Assembly: GCA_964016885.1 (NCBI GenBank)
Contig: OZ024758.1
Coordinates: 4,402,001-4,466,000 of the forward strand
DNA: 64,000 nucleotides
Reading direction: 5' to 3'
Origin: Eledone cirrhosa
Lineage: Eukaryota
This document shows positions 52,204 to 64,000 of this stretch, one piece after another (within the stretch, counting starts at the first letter, position 1; each line of letters opens with the position of its first letter). Made by a program: the position numbers and the translations under genes. The notes under the pieces are model-generated. The model had not been told where the DNA came from, made no database searches, and saw only the letters and a list, made by a program, of their open reading frames with translations.

Positions 52204-52910
52204 ACATACATACATACATATATATACATACATACATATATATATACACATATATATATATATACATACATACATATATATATACACATATATATATATA
52301 TACATACATACATATATATATACACATATATATATATATACATACATACATATATATATATACATACATATATATATATACATACATATATATATATATA
52401 CATACATATATATATATATACATACACATACATATATATATATATACATATATATACATATATATACATACATATATATATACATACATATATATATATA
52501 GATACATGTATATATATATACATACATACATGTATATATACATACATACATGTATATATACATACATACATGTATATATACATACATACATGTATATATA
52601 TATATACATGTATATATATAAATACATACATGTATATATATATATACATACATACATGCATATATATAGATACATACATACATGCATATATATATATACA
52701 TACATACATGCATATATATATATACATACATACATACATGTATATATATACATACATACATGTATACATATAAATACATACATGCATATATATATATACA
52801 TACATATATATATATACATACATACATACATACATACATACATAGATACACATACATACATACATATATATATATACATACATACATATATATATATACA
52901 CATACATACA
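50462..52910. repeat. (TA)n/(TACA)n satellite blocks 50462-51145 and 51296-52910
   Basis: Direct inspection. Confidence 0.97.
51146..51295 (-). mobile_element. RTE-like LINE extreme 3' end (single zinc-finger-like motif) stranded in microsatellite
   Basis: Minus strand [19 protein letters not shown] resembles the CxxC..SxxGLxxH motif ending RTE ORFs; CTCGAAAACGAG hairpin in the short 3' tail. Confidence 0.5.
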
Positions 52911-53289
52911 AATACCAGACATTGTGGTGTATATATCTGTATAAGATGTTCATGTATTACATATCAGTTTGTAATGTGATAGAGTTTGACATGAACATCA
53001 CGTTGTGTTATGAAATAAACTAGTGTTACAGTGCAGTGCAGCTTCTTTATATGTGAATGAGATGCACTGCAATAACCTCAGTTAACCGAACAATTGATAT
53101 GCAAAGCATGCGATATTATGTTGAAAATCCCTACTGTTATATTATGCATTTCCAATAATCTGTCATAACAAGACTCGATCAAATGTGCGCAATGATTATT
53201 TTAGAAATACGTATAGATTATAAATCTACTTGAATCGCAGTTTGAAAAGATGTGTATATGAAGGCTTATTTCTACATTTGCTCACACGT

Positions 53290-53470
53290 ATATATATACT
53301 CACTCACACGCACACAAAGATATACATGTATACACTTACATGCATTCATATATATATATATATATATACATATATGTGTACACCTACGTGTATACATATT
53401 GCCATGTCTATCATATATATACTCACTCACACGCACACAAAGATATACATGTATACACTTACATGCATTC

Positions 53471-53504
<34 letters not shown>

Positions 53505-53712
53505 GTACACCTACATGTATATATATTTCCATGTCTATCATATAGATACTCACTGACACGCACACAAAGATATACATGTATACACTTACATGCATTCATA
53601 TATATATATATATATATGTGTACACCTACGTGTATACATATTGCCATGTCTATCATATATATACTCACTCACACGCACACAAAGATATACATGTATACAC
53701 TTACATGCATTC

Positions 53713-53744
<32 letters not shown>

Positions 53745-53831
53745 CTACGTGTATACATATTGCCATGTCTATCATATATATACTCACTCACACGCACACA
53801 AAGATATACATGTATACACTTACATGCATTC

Positions 53832-53865
<34 letters not shown>

Positions 53866-53955
53866 GTACACCTACATGTATATATATTTCCATGTCTATC
53901 ATATAGATACTCACTGACACGCACACAAAGATATACATGTATACACTTACATGCA

Positions 53956-53990
<35 letters not shown>

Positions 53991-54078
53991 ACACCTACGT
54001 GTATACATATTGCCATGTCTATCATATATATACTCACTCACACGCACACAAAGATATACATGTATACACTTACATGCA

Positions 54079-54118
<40 letters not shown>
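53290..54118. repeat. ~120-bp tandem repeat, 7 units, each with a variable (TA)n
   Basis: ACTCACT(C/G)ACACGCACACAAAGATATACATGTATACACTTACATGCATTC recurs at ~53298, 53421, 53548, 53663, 53782, 53909, 54032. Confidence 0.95.
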
Positions 54119-54120
<2 letters not shown>

Positions 54121-55129
54121 GGAGGTGAGTTTTGTTGTAGTACAATAAAGCAATGCAGATATCGGATAAGAAGCACTCTACAGTTTGTAGGACTGGAGTA
54201 TACATAATATAAGATCAATATATGTTGATTTAAAACAATATATGTTGATTTAAAACTGCACTATCCACAAGTGTTTTTTAGCCTTCATATCATGTTCTCC
54301 TGTTTTATCTGATGAAAACACAAATATTATTGCATGATGATGTTTGTTTTTGAAATGCGCATAATAAAATACATGGAACTCCTTTAACCATCTTTTGATC
54401 TTATATTATATATATATATATATATGTACACCTACATGCATACATATTTACATGTCTATGTGTATGTATATCTGCATGTGTATATGTATGTATGTTCAAC
54501 ACCATCTATATTAGATAACTTCAAATAAATGCAATATAAGCACAACAAAAGCAGGTAATGGCACACCTGTGACCTCAAAGCCACCTGTTACCTTCTATGG
54601 CGTTCTGTACAGACTTTTGAAAGAATCAAAAAATTCCAACAATTTTTTTTAATTTTTAATGATATGATTTTGTCTATCTCTGATTATTTTAATTTAAACA
54701 ATAAGATGAATGTATTTTAAATAGCAAAGAAAAACGCTATATTATTTTCAGAATTATTCTTCTTCAAAAGGAAATTTGGAATGAATATGTCCCCAGCTAG
54801 CAAAAGCTATTGAAGTACAAAAGAATTTATGTAATTCATTTGAAGAATACACAGCTGTTATAGATCTATTAATTAGAGGATACAATAAAGGCTGCTCTGG
54901 TTTTGAGAAGCATGACACCACAGCTTAGAATATCAACTTCACCTAATTTATATCTACAAGACTCACAAAGAGGAATTGATAAAGATCTCAGAATATGATA
55001 TTATCAAATACTTATTTGACGCAATGAACGATCCGATGTATAAACGCATAAACGCAAAAGAGTATCCATACATTTGGTAATATGCACCCGAAAATACCCT
55101 CTCGCATTTCAACTGCTTATTGCTACGAA

Positions 55130-55300
55130 TTCCTGAGAGGGTCGTGGTGGAAGAGTGATTCCTCTAAATGAGTCCTGTCGAAACGCCCGGAGCTCAGCCG
55201 TTGGTGTCTTGACACTTTTCATAGGTCCCACTCTACTACCCTAAGTATTGAGTACTCTTATGATCCACCTAGTATCTTACCACACACTCTTTGTTGTTAT
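55130..55300 (+). mobile_element. GAGTACTCAATACTTAGGG terminus family, with degenerate HHR-like segment
   Basis: CCTGAGAGG...GTCGAAACG..GAGCTC.GCCGT...CCCACTCTACTACCCTAAGTATTGAGTACTCT...CTTACCAC..(TA)n; reverse-complement homolog of 58072-58195. Confidence 0.6.
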
Positions 55301-55589
55301 ATATATAACAACAAGTTGAAATTAATGCATGAAAGATTTCACAGGCTAGCATCATTCGTGCATAGGGTTACCAAACGAGGTTTATTTTTTAACATAGTCC
55401 AGGAAAGGAACAATGCAGTTATTCATGAGTAGAGTTGAAATTAATTCATGACAGATTTCGGAGCTCTAGCATCACTCCTTCATGAACGTTTCAGTATACA
55501 TCATATCAGGTGATTCATATTTTCATCATAGATTACGGGTAAAAAGTGCCATGTCAGAGTAACAACAAATAAAGACAAACACAAAAGCT

Positions 55590-55703
55590 ATAATTGTATC
55601 TACTTTTGGCACAAGGCCAGCATTTACCCAGTGCATTACTGGTACTTTATTTTATCGACCCCGTAAGGATGAAAGGCAAAGTTAACCTCGGCGGGATTTG
55701 AAC
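55590..55703 (-). mobile_element. SINE family 1, 5'-truncated
   Basis: Tail and core to B-box; AAGCTATAAT flanks both sides (TSD-like). Confidence 0.88.
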
Positions 55704-56092
55704 ACATAAGCTATAATGGAGACTAAAAAGAATACTTATAGTCGAAGTGGTAAGAAACTCTAAGGAGAGGGGAAGAGCAGAATGTTTTCAGAGAAGGAAC
55801 TCCCCTTAAGCAACTGTTTTATACTTACATATTCTATAATACAATTCTATTACGGCTTTACCCTGGTGGAACTGAACAGTGGAAAACATGGACGGACATA
55901 GAATTCTCAAATAGACGGATATATAATTGGTTAACACAGTCTCTCTCTCTCTCTCTCTCTCATATATATGGAGTATGGTACCAGGCAAACTAGTAATAAG
56001 CAGGAAGAACATATACGTATAGCGTGTGTGCGTGTGTGTATGTATATATCTATTCTTAATAACATACATACAGACACACACACATATATATA

Positions 56093-56123
<31 letters not shown>

Positions 56124-56652
56124 ATGGGTGTGTGTGTGTATATATATATATATAAATATATAGAAAGAGAGAGACAGAGAGAGAGATGTATTGAGAGAGA
56201 GAGAGTGGGGGGATAAACATGAGGGTCATAATTATATTTACATACATTTATAGTATAGACAAGTGATTATTATTATACTTATTACAAGCATCCTTCCCAA
56301 ACAATAAAACCGGCGTACGCCCATCTGGTTTAGCTTCAGTCATTGTTTGTTAAATTGGTTTGATATCCGCTAATACATCCAATATGTCTCTAGTTATTAT
56401 AGCAAAGCATTGCTATACATTACCTGGTCATTTCATTTGATTTTCATATTCTTCAAAACATATTTGCTATTTCTGGTAGTCTAATATATATATTATATAT
56501 ATATATATATATATGCATACACACATATATATATATATGCATACATATATTCATACACACATACATATATATATATATATATATGTGTGTGGTGTTGTAT
56601 ACATCTTCGCTGATATGTATGTCTGACAGGATATCCAAACGCGGGGACACAC

Positions 56653-56710
<58 letters not shown>

Positions 56711-56819
56711 TGTGTGTGTGTGTGTGCGTGTGCGTGTGTGTGTGTGTGTGAAGTACACTGTACATTTGTCGGCATTATACTTTTCTAAAACCAAATTTTC
56801 TTTATGCACATTGTAGATG

Positions 56820-57693
56820 TTATATATATAATATATTTTATATATATAATATATATATAATATATTATATATATAATATATATTATATATATAATATATT
56901 ATATATAATATATATATATATATGTATTATATATTATATGTATAATATATATTATATGTATTATATATTATATGTATAATATATATTATATGTATAGTAT
57001 ATATTATATGTATAGTATATATATGTATAGTATATATTATATATATAATATATATTATATATATAATATATATAATATATATAATATATATAATATATAT
57101 ATATATTATATGTATTATATGTATAATATATATTATATATATAATATATATTATATATATATTATATATATAATATATATAATATATATATATATTATAT
57201 GTATTATATGTATTATATGTATTATATATATATATATATATATTATGTATATTATATGTATTATATATATATATATATTATGTATATTATATGTATTATA
57301 TATATATATATATTATATGTATTATATATATATATATATTATATGTATTATATATATTATATAGATATATATATTATATGTATTATATATATTATATAGA
57401 TATATATATTGTATGTATTATATATATTATATATATATATATATTGTATGTATTATATATATTATATAGATATATATATTGTATGTATTATATATATTAT
57501 ATATATATATATAGATATATATATATTATATGTATTATATATATTATATATATATAGATATATATATTATATGTATTATATATATTATATATATAGAGAT
57601 ATATATATTATATGTATTATATATATTATATATTATAGATATAGATATATATATAATATGTATTATATATATTATATACATACATATATATAT
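56820..57693. repeat. A/T satellite of (TATTATATG)n-like 9-bp units
   Basis: Direct inspection. Confidence 0.95.
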
Positions 57694-58071
57694 TATTGTT
57701 ATTTTCTCTCCGTATTCCACAATCTAACTTCCGATAGATTAATATTTACTATAACACCTATAATGCCTCATTTGAACCAAGCCCTACCCCTTGATATGAC
57801 AAAGTTATAAGTGTTGTAAACCTGGAGTTTCACCTCTGAACTCACAGGATCATCACGCAAGACAAAGGAGAATTTTGAGCGGGAATGAGAAACGTGAATG
57901 ATTTTATCAAAGTAATAGTTTTTCCATATACGCTTGTACCCGCTTTCTACTTTTGCAATAGGTCACTTGATATAAAGATTTCTGTGAGGCATTCTGATGC
58001 TTTAACAATATTGTGTACGCATTTTTATGTCCCTCGATATCACACGTATATATATATTTTTATATATATAT

Positions 58072-58260
58072 AACGAAGGAGTTGTGGTAAGGAACCCGAT
58101 GGACCATAACGCACCAGAGTACTCAATACTTAGGGTAGTAGAATGGGTAATAGGAGAAAGTATGACCCCGACGGCAGAGCTCAAGCCGTTTCGACGGCTA
58201 TTTCTGGACTGAAATAGCCGTCGAAACGGCTTGATCTCTGCCGTCGGGGTCATACTTTCT

Positions 58261-58265
<5 letters not shown>
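58072..58265. mobile_element. (TA)n-embedded terminus with 55-bp foldback
   Basis: Arms 58150-58204 / 58211-58265 (1 mismatch), loop TGGACT; contains GTCGAAACG; (TA)n on both sides; fragment also at ~27913-27947. Confidence 0.8.
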
Positions 58266-58304
<39 letters not shown>

Positions 58305-60460
58305 TACATATATTTATATATGTTGCTACTATATATCGCCATCAGTTTATGTACACATTTAGACATACTAATATACATACACATGTATATGTAGGAAGTT
58401 ATGTGTGTATTTGTGACTGTTTGTGAGTACTCATGTTAAGAATTCGTGTATGTACTTGCGTATGTTTGAATGGTGAAATATATACGTGCACTTGCCTGCA
58501 TATCAGTGTCCAGTTCAATATGTGTAAATGTTTATATATATATATGGTTGTGTATGTCTGCATGTGTCTGTTTGTACGACTGAGAGAGAGCGAGATTCTG
58601 TGTAGATATATATATATATTTCTTTGGTTAATTTTGGTTTGCTTTGTTTGATATCTATATTGTTTATTTTATGTTTTATCAGAGTGTCTCGAGCTTTAAG
58701 ACAGCCTTTGATACACGTCCAGATTATAATTCATCTATCAGTTTCCATATTATCTCGTCTCGTTATCTATGTTCACTGATATGACGAAAGCAATAAAAAC
58801 CAGATTTTCGCGTTTGATCGAAAATTTTGTATTTCATTTACAGTGATTATATTCTTGAAAATTATTGTTCGACAAACTGGTCCGTTTCTATCGAAATGTC
58901 CTATAAAAATTTTCTGATTGTTGCTTTCACACACCATGTCTTTTATTGTCATAGTGACAACAGAAGATGAATATTGTGTTGTTAAAACAAGACATACTCT
59001 TAAAATCTGTTTTCATATAATGTCCGTCCTTGCGTTGGTGTGTTTGATTTTCACTGTAGACAGAACAGAACAGATACTGACTGAGCACCCTTAAGAGTAA
59101 TAAAATACTTAGCAGGTAATATCAATAATATAGTTATAAATCTAATATATTTTTGTATTCTTAGATATGTCAAAATCAAATCAATGATCTTCATGCCGAT
59201 ACCGTTAGTATAGAACTATATATGAAAATAAATTATATAAATATCAAATATCTGAATCACCTAGTATTGTAGACGGTTAGAACTGCAGTTTCTATGTTGA
59301 AGAATCAAAATGAATACACAATGTTACGTGAGCATGTTATTTTATGAAATGTTGGAAATGAGAATGGTGACAAATCAGATCCCATAAAATATCTAGAACA
59401 TTTACATTACGACGACTACTACTACACCTACTACTGCTGTTGCTACTACAATTATAACTAGCTAGTAGTAGTACTGGTGGTGTCAGTAGTGATGATATAA
59501 TGGTCATTGTGTAACTAGTAGTAGTGGTGGTGGTATAGAGGTCGTGATGTAGGTGGTGGTGGTATTATAATACTGGGGGTGATATATTGTTTTGACTGTT
59601 GAGGGAATAGTGTTGTTATTTGCTGAGGTAGCTTTGGTAACAAGAAGACAAGAGTGCAAGCTGATTGTATCACTGATATTGTTGTTGCTGTCGCTTTTGA
59701 TGGTGGCTTCCATTATTTATTGTAGTCGTTGTGGGTGTGATTATGTTAGTGTCATTATTATAGTAATTTCCTCTCTCATTTCAGATGTTGGTGATGGTGA
59801 TGGCGAGGACTCAGGTTGGCTTCTGGCTCTTTTTTCTTCTGCATCCGACTATGACAAGAACTGAAGAACATCCTAAATGTTCCTTCTAAACGAATAACGA
59901 GCAAATTAATATTTAAAGAACAGATTATTCCCCAAAATTCTGAAGTGCAGGTCTGCTGTCTCTGAAGGAGATATACGTGAACTCTACAGTACTTGACTGG
60001 TCACTTACGGAAACCAATGATGACAATTTTCTCTGCCTACTGTTAGAGTAAATAAACAAAAACTGGAAGAAAACACAACCCTGAAGCCATAACAATCATT
60101 GATTTTTAAGATGGCATTTCTAATTCTAATGAAAGCTTTTTGACTTAGCACAGTAAGATACATAAGAAAGATAGAAGATAGAGCAGCGGGAAGCAGCTCC
60201 ATTTCCAGTAATCCATTAGCGACAGAATAATGACTGCTGAGTTAAATAGAAATAAAATAATGATTTCTTTTGTTGGCCACAAGGGGGCTCGACTTTGGAC
60301 AGTGTTTGGAAAAAAAAAACACAAAGTGGAATTTCATCAAATTAATAGAGGATGTTGACGAAGGAGAAAATGTTGACGTAACAGAAACAACATCTACTAC
60401 AGTAAAGGCAATTAGGATTTCCTTCTTTATTATTATTATTTGAAATAATAATAATTGTTA

Positions 60461-61027
60461 TAATAATTGTTTCTACTTTAGGCACAAGGCCAGCAATTAC
60501 CCAGTGCATTACTGGTACTTTATTTTACCGACCCCGTAAGGATGAAAGGCAAAGTCAACCTCGGCGGGATTTGAACTCAGATCGCAAAGGGACGTAACTA
60601 TGCTGGAAAGCATGGCGTCCGACCCTCCACCGATACTGCCAAAATGGTTTCTTATATAGGCACAATGACAGCAATTTTGGCGGAGGGGAAATTCAATTAA
60701 ATTGAGCCCAGTGCATGACTAGTACTTTATTTTATCGACCACGTAAGGATGAAAGATAAAGTTAACCTCGGCGGGATTTCAACTCAAATCATAAAGAGCC
60801 GTAACTCTATGCTGCAAAGCATGGCATCCGACCCTCAGCCGATACTGCCAATCCACCACCCTAATAATGGTAATAATAATAATATTGATTTCCACTATAT
60901 GCACCATGGCCAGTAATTTGGGGAGAAGGGTAAATCGATGAGATTGACCTCAGTGCATTACTGGTACTTTATTCTAACGACCCCGTAAGAATGAAAGGCA
61001 AAGTTAACTTCAGCGAGATCAGAACTA
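60461..61027 (-). mobile_element. Three head-to-tail SINE family 1 copies (~60461-60642, 60645-60861, 60883-61027)
   Basis: Repeated tail-core-head organisation. Confidence 0.92.
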
Positions 61028-61312
61028 AGGATGAGGGCATTCAAAACAGTTTCTTCGTTCTATGTACATCTTAAACACCCACATCGGACAACATTACTGT
61101 GAATATAGAGTTTTGTTCGCAGCCGGACCTTCAAATACTCATAAGATTATTCCGTGATACCTGCTTAAGAAATGCGTGACCACCACCTAAGTGATTGTTG
61201 TCGATATCGATCCCTGGAACATGGTCACTCTCAAGACATAATAAGATCAAGTGTTTGTTGATGCTTTCAGATTTTTAAATGTTGGTTTAAGGACATTACT
61301 TGAGCCGGCTAA

Positions 61313-61505
61313 GGGCGGTGGATTGGAAATTATCGGTAAAGAGTCTGACACTATGCTTTACTGTTTCAGTTCGAATCCGGCTGAGGTTAACTTTGCTTTT
61401 CATCCTTAAGGGGTCGATAAAATAAAACACCAGTAACGTACTGGAGTCGATTTAATCGAATTCTCGTCCCCAAATTACTGACATTGGGCCTATACTAGAA
61501 ATCTT
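61313..61505 (+). mobile_element. SINE family 1 (long form)
   Basis: GGGCGGTGGATTGG head, GTTCGAATCC B-box, core, tail. Confidence 0.85.
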
Positions 61506-61821
61506 TATTTGAGTCGACTGATAGTAGTAGAGGTGGTGGTGATAGTGTTGGTCATAGGCCAGCATTGTTTGACCCGACTCGTGTCGTTAGTTCTGAATTT
61601 ATTTTGTCAATAAACTGGGTTCATAAAAATAATTCTATGACTCAAATCTTATGAAAAATCATTTCTGCTTGCCAATTGTCACCCCCACCACTCTCTCTCT
61701 TTCTCATTCGTTCTGTCTCTCTATATCTCTCTAACTCGCTGTGTTTCGGTACGTGTGTGCGTGAGAGAGAAAGAGACCTAGAGATTAGACATGTGTTTAA
61801 ATCTTGAACGAGGTTTTTGTG

Positions 61822-61884
<63 letters not shown>

Positions 61885-62693
61885 CATTTTGGCATATAAA
61901 AAATATCGGAAACTTAACTTCAAAGTTAAAGAAATAATGAAACTAAAAACATATATGAATAAAAAATCTGTAAAATTTAAAATGAAACCATAATGAAGGA
62001 GAACAGCTACAGAGATTAAATCATTTTTAAACACGCTCGAACACTTAACTCCTAAGAGGTAGGGAGTTATGTAGTTCAATTAGTTTGCTCTGGTTTGTAC
62101 TCAGCTTAATGGGCACTTGATAAATACTTGTTTTTTTTACACACCAGGGATTAACGATAGAAACATTTTCAAAAATGAAATAAAATAAATTTGAAAAAAT
62201 TATAAATGAAATGTAAATAAATTTAAAAGGATATAATGATTTAATATTTAATGTTGAGCTAAAACAGTAAGCCAATTAAAAATAAAACCTTGCATTATTG
62301 ATTATAAAGTTCAGTTTATGAGATAGGTTGAACTAAAACTATATATTAATGCTGGTAATTATGGCAGCAATAACACTCAAAAAAGTTAAGTCAGTAACAT
62401 CTTTGTGTATGTAGATGCAAAGATCAAATCGCATCGATTCGAAATTTCAGGTCTATTTACATGGTTTTTTAATGGAATAAGTGAAGAGCAGGAAAATATT
62501 TGATTCATTCTGGCATCCGTATCGCTAATTTACAAGATATTCGACTGAAGTGGAATCCAATATAATCGATATTATATCAGAACGTCATTCCTTCCAGAAA
62601 TTGTAACAGCATTGATAAACATATTCTACGTATCTTCTATGTCCCTCTACCTTCTTGGGTAAATGCTGATGTAGTCGACAATCTGTGACGGCT

Positions 62694-62890
62694 GAGGACC
62701 TGTCAACTCTCACCGTCCGACAGGAAGATCTCCCACCTACTTTAGGGTGGGTGAGAGATGTCCTCTCTAGTGAAAATGGGTATAGCTTTTATTATGTAAA
62801 AATCTCCCCATTTTCTCTCATTTCTCCACGTTTGGGGGCCCTTTTTTTCATGGTATTCCATGTTTGGGTTTTTAGAGGTTAGCAGGATTG
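62694..62890 (+). mobile_element. ~195-bp MITE family copy
   Basis: GACCTGTCAACTCT...GAAAATGGGTATAG...TTTTAGAGGTTAGCAGG. Confidence 0.75.
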
Positions 62891-62959
62891 ATGTTGTCCT
62901 GTATCAATACGATAGTGGCGACATTGAATGAGAAACAAATACCTTTGACTACATTCCCC

Positions 62960-63500
62960 CATCATACAGCTGTAGTTGTATAATCAATGAAATTATTGTG
63001 TACAGTACTCAGGTGCACTACACCTCATCAAAGGTGCATGTATAGTACATAGAATAATGTACAAATGTCAGGAGAGTGAACAGTGTATATGTCAGGATAT
63101 ACATGTGTGTGTGTGTGTGTGTATGGAGGGGGAATATCAGGTCTAGTGTTGGCGAATTTCAGGAAGCATGGAGGTTTGAAATGATGCAGTGTCTCGGCAG
63201 ATAACAACTAATGTAAGTAGTTTGTTCCATGCTTCAGCAACTCTGAGCATGAAAATGTTTTCCGAAAGTCACGGAAGCTGTGTTGTTTTCTAACTTTGTA
63301 AGCATGCCCACAGGTGTTAGACACAAGGAAATCAAATATGTGCCCAGGGTTTTTGTTGGAAAGATGGTTAATAAAATTGTGGGTTTTTACCAAGTCAGTT
63401 AGCAGACGACGGAACATCAATGTATCCATGCCCAGGGAAGCAGGACGTTCAGAGTATGGTAGATGCCTGATGGATGTTATGATTGTGCTCAGTTGCTAAT
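62960..63500 (-). mobile_element. CR1-type LINE 3' fragment (ORF2 C-terminus and 3' UTR)
   Basis: Minus strand YSERPASLGMDTLMFRRLLTDLVKTH..NTCGHAYKVRKQH..DFRK /fs/ RVAEAWNKL, matching CR1 YxERLxxL..L..RR..D..TRGHxxKL..RVxxxWNxL. Confidence 0.8.
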
Positions 63501-63721
63501 GAAATAATATCAAAAGAGTGAAAGCAGTCCAGATTATTCCCCATGATATTGTATGTAAGGGCAAGATATCAAGATATCTGATATTAAAGCAAAGATAGCC
63601 ATAACATACAGATATTAGATATAACATATATAAGCCTGCAATAATGGTATAATTTAACACATGAGCAAATTGTTGAAGATGCCAGAGATGAAAAGGTGGT
63701 TATATATAGTAGTTTTTATCA

Positions 63722-63761
63722 ATATATATACACACACACACACACACATATATATACACAC

Positions 63762-63792
<31 letters not shown>

Positions 63793-64000
63793 TATATATA
63801 CACACACACACATATATATATATACACACACACATATATATACATATATACACATATATATACACACATATATACACACACACACACATATATACAATGT
63901 ATACATATGTACATATATATATATATATATACACACACATATATATACATATATATATGTATGCATATATACATATATATCTATGATATATATATGTATA
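63722..64000. repeat. (TA)n/(CA)n microsatellite
   Basis: Direct inspection. Confidence 0.95.

Noticed and set aside
59785-59814. Possible 30-nt microexon after a polypyrimidine-CAG acceptor
   Set aside because: Weak donor (GTTGGC), lies in degenerate GGT/GAT low-complexity DNA, and no partner exons were found

Overview
Very AT-rich, repeat-dense eukaryotic DNA, most likely from an octopus or other cephalopod. That assignment is inferred from the extreme (TA)n/(TACA)n content and the SINE families present. No intact protein-coding gene is supportable: nearly all listed ORFs are micro- or minisatellite artefacts. The window holds about 25 copies of one tRNA-derived SINE, CORE-type SINEs, Tc1/mariner-, Tc2- and piggyBac-type MITEs, CR1 and RTE LINE remnants, and 15-bp and ~120-bp tandem arrays. 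Two hidden layers stand out. (1) Several distinct families of short Penelope-like termini carry minimal hammerhead-ribozyme (HHR) motifs, sit in or beside (TA)n tracts, and are often folded back as long inverted repeats with the axis just 5' of the ribozyme. One is physically linked to a GIY-YIG endonuclease C-terminus with a 5' inversion. (2) Heavily decayed LRR and TIR (Toll-like-receptor-like) coding remnants are scattered between the repeats. All calls are by eye; coordinates of decayed elements are approximate.
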